From Neoechinorhynchus agilis (taxonomy: Eukaryota; Animalia; Acanthocephala), in NCBI GenBank assembly GCA_051530055.1, contig JBMGUZ010000017.1:1-47131 (forward strand): a stretch of DNA of 47,131 nt, given 5' to 3'. Below are positions 25,016-37,690 of the stretch, piece by piece; the stretch's first letter is position 1; each line of letters opens with the position of its first letter. A program made the translations under genes and the position numbers. Under the pieces are notes generated by a model. The model saw only the letters and a list, made by a program, of their open reading frames with translations. It had not been told where the DNA came from and did not search any database.

Positions 25016-25784
25016 TCGGTCTAAATCAAACTTAAAACTTTTACCGATTGTGTCTCCACTTTTTTCCTTACCTGAGTTCTTATTTTTTTGATGGTTGTCA
25101 CTTCGATCATAAGGAGCAGGAAAGAATTACACTGCCTCGTAGAATTTCTTACAAGGATAGTTGAACAATGTGACGACACTGTCTCGTGCTCTAAAGATTG
25201 TGAAACGTTCCAACGAGCAAATTTGTGGTTTATAAATCAAAGTCAATTGAATTTCTTATCTTCTTAAACAAACTTTTAAGAAAACTTAAATTTCGTCTAA
25301 AATGAGGTTAAATATTAAATGCGCCCAACGCCCTGAAGCTACTAAGATTAATCATTTTAATTCCCTATTTTGCGGTTTAAAATTCTATTAATATTCTTTG
25401 ATGGCTCAGTCAAAGTTTAAGTTTGCCAAAACCTTTTCATCGCTAACTAAACAAAATTCAAATGCGTTCAAACGAAAATTGGATTTAAAGATCAAATAAC
25501 GATTTAAGTGCGATTTCTCTGGTTTCATTTCGTGAATTGGCAAAAGGGGATAATTTGTCAAAATCCAATAAATAGAAAATCTCAGTTAAAAATATAAACC
25601 AGCTTTTAAAAACCGAGACAAATGTTAACTTACCTACATGGCGTCTTTACTTATCTGATTATAGAGCAACGCACACACGTCATTTGGCATAAAAGGGCTT
25701 TCGTGAAAACAAAAATATGACGTCATTTGGTTATTAGCAAGCGGAGATAGAAAGCGACGACAGAATTGTGATTCTTTCGTGTAA

Positions 25785-25900
25785 CAACGGGGCAATGCTG
25801 CCAGCGTGATGGCGACGGTCGAGGAAGGACAAAAGCTGGAATTTGGTGGGAGGTGGTGAATGTAAAGAAAAGTAACCAAATAGAAAACAATACTGCCTTT
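25785..25900 (+). mobile_element. 3' remnant of CRE-like element ending in an A-rich tail
   Basis: QRGNAASVMATVEEGQKLEFGGRW*; DNA similar to 1960-2060. Confidence 0.8.
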
Positions 25901-26719
25901 ATTAAAAAAAATAAACAAATATAAACTACATCACTTTTTACCTATTATTAAATTTTTTAACGTACGTCAGCTGATCATAGTGATCGATATGAAGAATCGA
26001 TTTGATCTTAACATTTTTAGATTGATTTATCTTTTACGGATCGCTTTACGTAGGCCATTGATTGTGATTGATTTTACGTTCCTTCGGATTACAAATTGTA
26101 GTTGTGATGTTCTTTAAAATTCTCCCCCAGTCATAATCCCTTCTAATCTCTCGCTTTCCTAAGCGATCTTCTTATGTTCATGGATGTTAATTTGAAAACG
26201 CGTTCATTTGCTTAGTGCAAAATACTTGTGGTGAAACGACCAACATTATCTTATTTCACGTTTGTTTGCCTTCTGGCGATTTATCCAAATATTATCCGAT
26301 TTTGCGGCCACATTCTCTTCCCGTTAAGTTGCCCCATGAACGCTGGCGATAGTTAAGAAGATTGCAAATTTCGAAAGGGATCAGGGTCGAGTAGACCAAA
26401 CAAACGATTTTCTCCCCCGGAAGTTTTTAAAATGCTAAAATCTTTATTAGAACATTGCGTTTTTTCCAAAGTTGCAAATAAAATATATCCTAAAATGTTA
26501 ACAACACAGATTTGCATTCACTTAATTGAGATCATTTCATTGAAATTCTTCGGACGTTTCCTAGTTCAGCTTTTGCTCGAATTCTTATCGTTAAATGCAA
26601 TTTAGAAACTATTTTATTTTCAATAACATTTGAAGAATGTGCTTCTAGCAACTATCTCGCACAGGAGCATTATAAATATCGCTGTCCACATTATATTCAA
26701 AATACAACGATCGCCGTGA

Positions 26720-29150
26720 ACTCTAAGACCGTTTCTTGGAGGAGCTATGAAATGGACGGCGATGAATTCTAAATCGGGGTATTGTAGAGAGCCTGCGAGA
26801 GATGAAGAGTATCGTGGCGATTGACGTACGAAAATTGAGATCCCCCCATGGACGGGAAGGAAGAGTACCGGGGAAGGGGAGCTAAGCCGTGTTTCTGTTA
26901 AGATGACTACGTCGACTTTTGATTTAGATGAAATGAGTGAAATTTCATTTAATTTAAGGAAGGAAGCTACGGGTATTTGAGTAGAAAACGGTGGGGAAGG
27001 GAATTTTGGATTTCGGGAAAAGGGGGACGGAAATGAAGGAGATTGAGGTTGCTTTAATCGTTGCGGGTGATTAAATAAAGGCGAAATCGATTAAATTTGC
27101 CGATGTAGAACGATTGATTATCCCAAAGAAATCTGTAAAGGATCGAATCGAAAATTTGAGTTGGTATGAGTCATTGGCAGTGTGAGGAATAAATTGGGAA
27201 ACCGTGTTTAAGGTTGAGTGACAGTGCTATTTTCCTTTATGGTTTTTGGGCGCCTTTGAAGTTGCACGGATTCAAAGAAGTTGGGGAGTCGATTACTCTT
27301 CGAGTTCTTGGGACGTGGAAGATTTTTTAGAGTGCTAGTTAAAAGCGAAGTTTTTACTTGGAAGATGATGTCTTGTTTATAGAAACACGTTTTATTAATT
27401 TAAGAAAAGAACGATCCATACACTTGTCAGCATCTATCTTTGCTGAAGGTGTCTGGATGTCGGATGTTGAGGCAGGGAGGCGGGACTTGTCTTTGAAGGA
27501 GTTATACAGGAGAATGACAGATTAGGAGTCTTTCTTTGTTCTCCGGTTATTAAGGAAAGATTGGGCTTGAGGGAAGAAAGATTTTTGGTAGAGGATGGTA
27601 CGAGCGATGGAAGGATGAAAAAGGTTGGGGTTACGGGTGTTTACGAAGGAAGAAAATTGTGAATGGGTTTGAAGAAGACGGAGGGCGTTTTTGGAGAAAA
27701 AATGGAGTGGATGTGGGCGTCGAGGGGAGGGAGTGAAGTCCCGCACATTCTCGCTGCTCTCTTGTGGAAGGTTTCGAGGGAATGGAGAGCATTGACGGAG
27801 AGGGCGAGGAAAGTGGGGTTCGCGTATGTAAGGAAAGGGAGGATGGTAGAAAGATAAAAGTGAGCAAGGTGTTTAATGGATACGCCGAGACGCTGGAGGA
27901 GTTTGAGAACTTAAAGCCGATGGTTTGTTTTAGAGAGTGTAAATGAAATGTGGGCATTCCATTTAATGTTTTCTTGTAAAATCACGCCCAGTATTCGGAG
28001 AGAAGAGGAGCGTTGGATGGGGAGAAGGAGAGGCGCGGGGATAAGATTGCGTTTGGAAATGTGGGGGACAATATCAAAAGATTTGGATAAATTTAGGGAG
28101 AGTTTAGGGTTGAGAGCGAGGAAATGAGATGGTTTAGCTTGTCCATGGTAGTGGAGAGGGAGAGAGAGGGAGATGCGATGGTAATGACTGTGAGGTCATC
28201 TACATAGAGAAAATATTTGGTAGGGGGAGTGAGGGGATGGTCATTTAGAAAAATGTCAAAGAGGGGAAAGTACGGCGCCTTTGAGGACCCCTTTAATTAT
28301 CGGAAGAGAAGAGGAACAAGAAGTTCCACATTGAATATATTGTTTGCGGTTGGAGAGGAAAGAGGAAATCCAAGCGAGCTGCCAGGTTGGGAGGCCAAAG
28401 GAAGCACATGATTGGAGGAGAAGGGAGTGATCGACCGACTCGAACGCCCTGGAAATATCCAGTTGCACGAGACGGACGGTTGATGCTGGACTGGAATCTA
28501 AGCTGCGCACAAGCGTATCGCAAATGCAGAGGAGGGCATCAAAACAAGAGTAATTGGGACGGAAAGCGAATTGGGAAGGGGAGATGTTTTTGAGGAAGAG
28601 GGGAAGTGGGCGGTTTTTAAAACATTTTTCTAAGATTTTAGAGGAAGGAGAGAGGATAGAGATGGGACGAAAGGATGTGGGGGAAATCGGTTTATTGTTT
28701 TTGAAGAATGGGACGACCGGGCTTCCTTAAGATACGATGGGAAAGTGCCCAATAGAAAGCTAAGGTTCGTTATGTGCGTTAGAGAGTTCCGGGATGATGA
28801 AACGAATGGCCCAATTTGGGATAGTCGAATTAGGGGAAGAATGGCGGGGCAGGCGTTTAAGGATCTCTAGGATTTCGAGATGGGAAACTAAGGAAGGGCA
28901 TGTATGAATGGGCCGGTCAGAAAGTGAGAAGGGAGGTTAGGACAATGGATTGGAGGTTTGGGGAGTGGCGGTGGAAACACTCGATGATAAGTTTTTATGT
29001 GGATAGATACGAAAAGAAAGTTGTGAAGTGAGGAGTGTGTCTTCTGTTAAGAAAGAGGGAGGCTATGAGTGCTGAATTGAAAGTTACTTTTGGGGGGAAC
29101 GAACACTACAGTTGTTAGGAGGAAGAAAATGCAGAATGCAAGTCGGAGGA
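26720..29150 (-). mobile_element. Decayed L2/CR1-type LINE: APE C-terminal part, RT and 3' end (29150 to about 27410), followed by an APE N-terminal part (about 26990-26720)
   Basis: FLLTTVVFVPP; LDISRAFESVDH; WNAHISFTLSK...HFYLSTILPFLTYA; then NTRS/KLNEISLISSKSKVDVVILTETRL...HGGISIFVR...LEFIAV. Confidence 0.85.
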
Positions 29151-29329
29151 AAGGAGTTGAGTGATACCAAGAATTATGGTAGCGTTGGAGTGCATTAGCG
29201 GCGAAAAGAGTCTGCAACAAGGGATTCAGGTATTAAAGTGATAAAAATGGTACACACTTCACAGTTGGCCTTCACATGAAGCGGCCAAGGGTTTGAATCG
29301 TTGTATTTCAGGTGCCGGATAAATTGATA

Positions 29330-29830
29330 TACCAAGTCCGCCTATTCAAATCTCTAACCCTTAACAAGACCAATTTTGCTTCCAAGTGGTTCCCTCAATC
29401 TCAAATAGCCCTTCTTTTCCTATCAATTGTGTCTCTTCTGTTTTCGTATACTTGGTCATCCATTTTCAGAAAAATCAAAAATGTGACAAACACCTACCAA
29501 TTTCGTTGCATAAAGGTTTTATTAAACTCTATCTTCTTAAGCGCCTCAGATTCCTTTGATTATCATCCAAAGATCTTAAGTACTTTTATAACATCGCCAT
29601 TACCAGTGCATATTCTGCAATTTTCCTTCTAATCTATTCAAACTCTAATCTGCTCCTCCAAACTCATAGAAAAACACCTCTCTCAAATCTTTCAAATCCT
29701 CCTCTTCAATTTTTAAAACACATTTCTCCTTTTACTCACACTTACAACACTCGCGTCGTCCCAACATTTGCCATCCTTCAGTTCCTCGCATAGCACTCTA
29801 TCTTCCCACCGCTCAATCCTCCAAATGTGA
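29330..29830 (+). mobile_element. Diverged L2/CR1-type LINE 3' fragment
   Basis: CVSSVFVYLVIH...KHL...KLYLLKRLRFL*LSSKDLKYFYNIAITS matches the post-RT region of such LINEs. Confidence 0.7.
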
Positions 29831-30436
29831 ATCGGACGAAAGAGCGGACAACAACATCATCCTTACAATTTAAAGTTCTTTGCTTACAAGTTTCACTAAA
29901 TACCTAAGGTACATGGTTCGGTGACTCGTATTTTCCCTGGTCCAAATCAAACGAGTTATTATGTTAACTCTGTACAGCGTCCGAGCTCTTAAATAAATTC
30001 CCATATCACAAAGTCGCTTTTGGCAAGCAGAAGACGCCATTCGCTCTCCGTCAATGGAATACTCAAAGGATCTTTTCGGTACAGTTCACCAAGTGAACTT
30101 CACTTTTTTGCCGTCAACAAAAAGAATAACGCTAACGACCACTTTTTTCCGATTATTAATAACGCCCTCGACCTTAAAATCATAAGCAATCGCATCGAGG
30201 ATGTTTGATTTGGAGTTGTGTCGATCATAACCCCCTCGCAAGATATTTCGATGGAGGAAGCTACAGCAAAAACAATGACCGAAGCTCACTCTGTTTTACC
30301 TCCATGACATTGGCTCTTTGAAACTTACCGTTAGGAGCTCAGTTGATTTTCGAGAAAATCATTCGAACGTTTCCTTGAATATTAAACGACTTTTTCTAGT
30401 GAACAGATGATTTATTTTGATTTTATCCGCGTTCTC

Positions 30437-33400
30437 TCAAACGTGGTATTTTGTGAACTCCTCCAAATCACTCTCAGTCTCGACTTTCCTTAGCCTTCTA
30501 AACACAGACCGTGTGATTTGTTTCACTTCTGCCTGTAATTCTGTAATACTACACGGCTGAGTGGCGATCATTTGTTGAGATAACTGTTTAGCGAGTTTCT
30601 TAAACAATTCCTTCGAAGCGAATCGTCCACTCACATAAAGTGGATTTAATATGTCGACTACCACCTCCGAAATGGCTGACAAATTATTAACTACTTCCTT
30701 TTCAGGTTTAGTAGCCTTTTCTTTACATCCACCTTCTTCTCCACTCGTTCTTTTGCGTCCACTCGCTAGGCTGCTACATTCAGTTACAAACGAAACAACC
30801 GTCATTACGAGATCCAAAACGACTTCTTCGGCCACTCGTGCATCCTCTCTCCGCTGTCTTTCATCGTCCCTAAGCCGTTTTCTTAATCTATGAATTGCCA
30901 ACATACAGTTCGTCCTATAGGTGCTTTCAGATCGACCACATGATCTGTAGATTTCCGCCTCGATCTCTGCACCTTTCCCACGATCATTCTCAATCAATTG
31001 TAGCAAATCCCCGATCTCGGCGACGAATCGCGGTCTTAATCCTTCATCGAACGCCGGAAAGGGCCTCTGATTCAATTCTGCATCAATCTGCTTACTCTGC
31101 CAATCTTTAACGCTTTTTTCGTATATACTTGACCGCCTAAACAAATCCTGACCACTTCCCGATCCACTCGCACAAATGTCACAGCACCTTTCAGGAATAA
31201 AATACTCAATGCCAAAGTATCTGGAGATCATGTAACGCCGACATTTCCGATTCTCACAGAATTCAAGTAACTCCTGCAATCGATAATTCTTATAGTTCGC
31301 TTTGTGATCTTCACCAGCAGTAAATTCCGAATTTAAATCCTCCATTGAGCAATATATACGGCAGTGAGTCGATTTCCGACTAAACTCGTACAAATGACCA
31401 ATATTTTGACGTGATCGGAGTTAAGAAAAAATTAAAGACAAATATCGCGAATCCGAAAATAGACTTGGAATCAGCGCGTTAAAGTATACTAAATGAATCT
31501 ATCTAACAGTCAAGAATTTCACATTAATTAATTGCTTTAGGACGCTGTAGAACACCGTTTTTCAAAGTTAGCCAGTTTCAACAAAATGTCTTATTAACGA
31601 TTTAGAGAATTGTAACAAAAATTTCGCACTACTAATTTTCTGCGTACAACAAAATCACAACGTTTCGATGTTCAGGAAGATGCCGGAAAACAACAACATG
31701 GCAACGTATCAACGTTCAGGGAGATTCCAGGAAACAACAAACGCACCAAGTTTCGACGTACAGGAAGACTTCAGTAAACAAAAAAAATCAACAAGCTTCG
31801 ACTTTCAGACTGATTCCAGGAAACAACAAAACGTACAAAGTTTCGACTTTCAGGGAAATTCAAAAAACAGCAACAAAAGCACCAAGTCTCGACTTTCAGG
31901 AAAATTCAAAAAACAACAAATAACGCACCAAGTCTTGACTTCCAGACTGATTCAAGAAAACAACAGAACGTATAGAGTTTCGACTTTCAGACTGATTCGA
32001 GAAAACAACAAAACGTACAAAGTTTCGACTTTCAGGCTGATTCGAGAAAACAACAAAACGCACAAAGTTTCGACTTTCAAACTGATTCCAAAAAACAACA
32101 AAACGAACAAAGTTTAGACTTTCAGGAAAATTCAAAGAACAACAACAAACGCACCAAGTCTCGACTTCCAGACTGATTCAAGAAAACAACAGAACGTATA
32201 GAGTTTCGACTTTCAAACTGATTCGAGAAAACAACAAAACGCCCAAAGTTTTGACTTTCAGGAAGATTAAAAAACAACAAAACGCCCAAAGTTTCGACTT
32301 TCAGACTGATTCCAAAAAACAACAAAACGCACAAAGTTTCGACTTTCAAACTGATTCCAAAAAACAACAAAACGAACAAAGTTTAGACTTTCAGGAAAAT
32401 TCAAAGAACAACAACAAACGCACCAAGTCTCGACTTCCAGACTGATTCAAGAAAACAACAGAACGTATAGAGTTTCGACTTTCAAACTGATTCGAGAAAA
32501 CAACAAAACGCCCAAAGTTTCGACTTTCAGGAAGATTAAAAAACAACAAAACGCCCAAAGTTTCGACTTTCAGACTGATCCGAGAAAACAACAAAACGCA
32601 CAAAGTTTCGACTTTCAGGGAAATTCAAAAAACAGCAACAAAAGCACCAAGTCTCGACTTTCAGGAAAATTCAAAAAACAACAACAAACGCACCAAGTCT
32701 TGACTTCCAGACTGATTCAAGAAAATAAGAAAACGTACAAAGTTTCGACTTTCAGATTGATTCGAGAAAACAACAAAACGTACAAAGTTTCGACTTTCAG
32801 GCTGATTCGAGAAAACAACAAAACGCACAAAGTTTCGACTTTCAAACTGATTCCAAAAAACAACAAAACGAACAAAGTTTAGACTTTCAGGAAAATTCAA
32901 AGAACAACAACAAACGCACCAAGTCTCGACTTCCAGACTGATTCAAGAAAACAACAGAACGTATAGAGTTTCGACTTTCAAACTGATTCGAGAAAACAAC
33001 AAAACGCCCAAAGTTTCGACTTTCAGGAAGATTAAAAAACAACAAAACGCCCAAAGTTTCGACTTTCAGACTGATTCCAAAAAACAACAAAACGAACAAA
33101 GTTTAGACTTTCAGGAAAATTCAAAGAACAACAACAAACGCACCAAGTCTCGACTTCCAGACTGATTCAAGAAAACAACAGAACGTATAGAGTTTCGACT
33201 TTCAAACTGATTCGAGAAAACAACAAAACGCCCAAAGTTTCGACTTTCAGGAAGATTAAAAAACAACAAAACGCCCAAAGTTTCGACTTTCAGACTGATC
33301 CGAGAAAACAACAAAACGCACAAAGTTTCGACTTTCAGGGAAATTCAAAAAACAGCAACAAAAGCACCAAGTCTTGACTTCCAGACTGATTCAAGAAAAT

Positions 33401-35110
33401 AAGAAAACGTACAAAGTTTCGACTTTCAGATTGATTCGAGAAAACAACAAAACGTACAAAGTTTCGACTTTCAGGCTGATTCGAGAAAACAACAAAACGC
33501 ACAAAGTTTCGACTTTCAAACTGATTCCAAAAAAGAACAAAACGAACAAAGTTTAGACTTTCAGGAAAATTCAAAGAACAACAACAAACGCACCAAGTCT
33601 CGACTTCCAGACTGATTCAAGAAAACAACAGAACGTATAGAGTTTCGACTTTCAAACTGATTCGAGAAAACAACCGCTGATTCCAAAAAACAACAAAACG
33701 CACAAAGTTTCGACTTTCAGACTGATCCGAGAAAACAACAAAACGCACAAAGTTTTGACTTTCAGGCTGCTTCCAAAAACAACAGCAAAACGCACAAAGT
33801 TTCGACTTTCAGAATGATTGAAGTAAGCAACAAATTCAAACAATCTGTTTGAAGCACACTCACCACCTCCCGCCGAATTTCAGCTTTTTTCCTTCCTCGA
33901 CCGTCGCCATCACGCTAGCGAGATATTTTGTCGAAGGAATACGTCTGCTCTTGAGTCTCCGGTTGCCTCTCAATTTCTTCGAGAGATCCTGGAGCATGAC
34001 CAAACATTTCTATCGATCACGTTTGGACTTTCAGACTGATTCGAAAAAACAACAAAACGCCCAAAGTTTCGACTTTCAAGCTGATTCCAAAAAACAATAA
34101 AACGCACAAAGTTTCGACTTTCAGAATGATAAAAGTAAGCAACAAATTAACTACCTAAATCTATCGACCACGTTTCGACTTTCAGGAAGATTCCAGAACA
34201 CAACAAAATCGGTATCTGATGACTGAATTGGTTCTGATGAGAACAAGACATCCACAATTCCTCTTTGAAGATCCGAAACGTCTTCATCCGTCTTATTTTG
34301 CCTTAGAATATACAAATTTTGTTTAACAGTGAACAATCTGCTGGGTAATCTCGAGTCTTTATTGCAATAAACGACGCCATTCTTCATTTTCTTAATGAAC
34401 CGCCACAAGTTTTGAGCAGCTTCTTCAAAGTCATCACGACTCAGTAGTTCATAGAACGGTGAACCGCAAAGTGGCACAGATACACTCACTACTGGGATCC
34501 TCAATTCCATTAACTTATACAAATCCCTCCTTGCCATAGGATTTGTTGGTTTACTTGAAAAGATCCAGACAACCTTTAGAGATCGTTTCAATTGCCACAA
34601 CGACCGATAGGATCTATGAGTGTGTTTATGGACGCTGTAGTCGGAAACACAGTCGGCAACTTCGACAACGACGGCTATCAATGGTCCAATCTTTTCAACC
34701 AACTTCACCAATTCTTGAGATGGTGTCATTCGAGATGTAACGTAAAGAAATCTAAGATCACCACATCGATCAACCAAAGCTTTTTCTTCGTCATGGCTCA
34801 TTCCTTCGTACACGGCAGCGGCTATAAGTCCTTTCGAGCTCAAGAAATCCACTTGAGCTTTCACTTCAGTTTTACTTGGACATATAACCATCGCAAAACC
34901 TGCCAAGTTTGCCGTCGAAATTCCAACGTGATAACACAATGAACGATGATTTTCCATTTGTAAATAAATGTCTTCATTGTTTTTAGCAGTTAGCGCCAAA
35001 TGGATCTCATTTACAGCTTCTTTGTGGTATAATGTCGGAAATTTGAATGATCCAGTCAATTGGTGAAGAACCGATTTTACGCTGGTATCCATAGACGCCC
35101 GAACGGTCAT
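30437..35110 (-). CDS. RECQL5: RECQL5-like protein with degenerate helicase motifs; 2 exons, predicted intron 31380-34154
   Basis: RecQ-colinear N-terminus (RSLCY, QVDFL, LRFLYVT, CVS, GVVYC, FVVFWNLPES), RQC zinc site CRRYMISRYFG...CCDIC, IRI/KIX-like helix, and C-terminal SRI domain VVVDILNPLYVSGRFASKELFKKLAKQLS. Confidence 0.88.
31647..34125. repeat. Hierarchical tandem array of about 41-47 bp units inside the RECQL5 intron
   Basis: AAAACAACAAAACGCACAAAGTTTCGACTTTCAG repeated about 50 times; blocks recur at 224-269 bp and 674-765 bp spacing. Confidence 0.97.
33850..33995 (-). mobile_element. 3' remnant of CRE-like element within the array
   Basis: DNA strongly similar to 1975-2135 (internally shortened). 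Confidence 0.8.
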
Positions 35111-37018
35111 CAAAACTTAATCGCTTTTAAATTATGGGTTTTAAGTAGCCACAAACACAACGATTCTTCCTGATAGTCGCTATCGAAAAATATTTTTATA
35201 ATTTTAGTGAAAATACTTCCAGTAATAGCGTATTTTTGATTTATTGGAGATATTTCGTGGGGTGGTAACCTCACCTCATCAATCTATCCAATGAATCAAA
35301 AATGCTTTTACCGTTAGTATTTTCACCAAATTTATACTTTGACTAATCGGATTGAAGTAAAATGCAGGGCCGATGGATTTCAGTTCGGATTTGTAACTTT
35401 TAAAGTACGATCTCAACCGTGTTTGGATCGCAAATGGAATGGATCCTTTTGGAGGAGTCGCAATGAATTCATGAAGATCGCAATTCATCAACGCCAATTA
35501 AAATATTTTAATTTTAACTAATTAATAAGATAAAGAGAGACCGTAAAGTGGCTAAGGGAACACGTACTAAACGATTTATTTTCGTAGAATTCCAACAAAC
35601 CTTTAGCCGACTTCTTGAATCAATTTAAAGAAGAATGTTTAAAAAAGATGACAACAAAATGCGCGAGCGGAACAATGAAATCAGGAAGCTATGAAAAAAG
35701 ATAATTTGTTTCCTATTTTTAGCGTCGAAATCGTGGTAAGCGATCGTTTTTGTACATCTCGAAGTAAAAATCTTACTCTTCTGTTCTCGGGATAAAGTGT
35801 AACTCAGTTGAAACCAATTGACAGTCGTTATTGTTACGGACTATTTGATTTGTTATTGGGGATTATTGGTACATTTCCGAACATCCACCTTCTTGTTTAG
35901 TTGTTCGTTTGATTTCCTGACATTTTTCTTTTAAAGACACACTAAAAAGAATTAATCGTCTTAAAACCTCGTTAGAGGTGATTTCCAAAACCAACCGAAG
36001 AGTTTTTGAAAAATGAGTAACCTTCAAAGAAAAAATCATTAATTTTCAACAATTCTGTTTAACGAAAATGGGTATCTATAAAAAAAGAAACCTCTACAGT
36101 CGCAGTTTGCTTCTTCGTTTAACACAATAATTCACTTTTTTGGATAATTTTTGGACAAATCCAGCACTTGAAAATAGTCTTTAGAAAGCTCATCTTAAAA
36201 TAAATTGAATCCTTTGATTCTTCGGCTATTTTCTAAAGGTTCAAGTACGGGAGATAGCATAGATTTTGCGTCCGGATTCAGGAGTTTACGAACGTTTCCC
36301 GTCAGCCGTAAGACTGCGAAAGCTCGAAAATAAAGATTTTCTTTATCATATCAACGGCCCATCCAAACGAAATCGCGATTGCAATTGGCCAAATATCGTT
36401 CTCAATTAATTTCACAAATAACGTTTCGAAAAAGTGCAAATCGAATTTTGTCAGCAATGGAATCGCCAAGGAACCTACATTCCGGGCCGTAGGGAAAGGA
36501 AATCATCTCAAAAAAGCCCAAGAACTGCTAAAGTCCCCGCTTCGATGTCGCTAACAAACTTTACATCTCCATGAGCCTTTGTAGATTTTCGAGCAAGACG
36601 ACGAAAGCTCGAATATAAAGATTTTCTTTATCATTACCACAGCCCGGCTAAGTTTCAATTGAAAAACAAAACCTGAGATTGGTTTCCAAAAAATACGCCG
36701 AAAATCGTCTTTGCTATTTGTGGTCACAAAAATTCCTATAAAAAGGAATTTAATTTGTTTGTAATTGTTGTCGTCGTTATTATTGTTGTTGTTGAAAGTT
36801 TTTGGGCGACAAACCTCATGGAGCTCTGCATCGCTTGGCGAGGCTTTATCTTTCGAAAAATCTCGATAAAATATTTTATATCCGGGATTGTGAAGGACAC
36901 ATCTCCAAAGCCCGGATCGCTAAAAGTTTACGATTCTGACTTCACTCTAAAAACGTTCACTATCGTATTTAGGAAATAACTTAATGCAGACGTACAAATA
37001 AAAACTTATTTATCAATA

Positions 37019-37690
37019 TTACTCTCGTCTTACAAAATTGCTCTCAGACGAACTATCTCTACATTGAGATTCTCCTTCTTTATCTTTTATTCTGTTTGTA
37101 CTGCTATCAATTTCTATTGGTGGAAGAGAATTGGCGGCTCCTTCATTTGCCTGAAACAAATTAGTTTCCGTTTGATGGTCAGTTTGATGGATAAAAACGT
37201 CAGATGATTTTTCAACCGGCGAATTGTGAACCGATGGAATGTTTTCCCGAGTTGGTTCACTTATTTTTGTTGTGTCTTCAATCTCGAGTTTCTCCTGTGA
37301 CCTTGCCGATCTTCGTGGTGTTAAGATTTGAGTTCTTTGGTCAATGTTTGTGCCGTGGTCCGGATCAAGAACAGGAGGGATCCATTCTGAAGCCAGAAAT
37401 TTTTCAAATAGTTCGCGAATGGCCGGTTCCCATTCGGAAAATGCGACCGAGTCAGCGCATGAAAAGCAGTAGACCGAACCTTTATATTGATGCCACGATG
37501 GAGTTAAAAAAGTTCCGCATTTTGCACAAATCCAAGGCATTGTTGGCTGCGATGTTTTTGGAAGAAAAGCTTGAGGATTGGCGACTGAATCTTGGCGTTC
37601 ATTTACCATCTCGAGACTGATGACGCCGACTCGATTATTATCATTTATTCTCGGAAAGATTTGCGGCGGACGACTCTCCCACAAACACTG
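37019..37690 (-). CDS. Exon of a gene with a GATA-like zinc finger, gene model incomplete
   Basis: CAKCGTFLTPSWHQYKGSVYCFSC (C-X2-C-X16-C-X2-C with TPxW), CAG acceptor upstream, acidic low-complexity tail. Confidence 0.55.
   Translation of the reverse strand, partial: QCLWESRPPQIFPRINDNNRVGVISLEMVNERQDSVANPQAFLPKTSQPTMPWICAKCGTFLTPSWHQYKGSVYCFSCADSVAFSEWEPAIRELFEKFLASEWIPPVLDPDHGTNIDQRTQILTPRRSARSQEKLEIEDTTKISEPTRENIPSVHNSPVEKSSDVFIHQTDHQTETNLFQANEGAANSLPPIEIDSSTNRIKDKEGESQCRDSSSESNFVRRE

Noticed and set aside
29990-30300. Short ORFs downstream of RECQL5
   Set aside because: No recognisable motif and no consistent splice model.
31647-34125. CRISPR-like array, or the many ORFs called within it
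   Set aside because: Eukaryotic context, no unique spacers, no cas genes; the ORFs are repeat read-through.
36290-36660. Two imperfect 50-bp direct repeats (36306 and 36594)
   Set aside because: Real, but too short and diverged to assign; they may be downstream exons of the zinc-finger gene, which I could not model.
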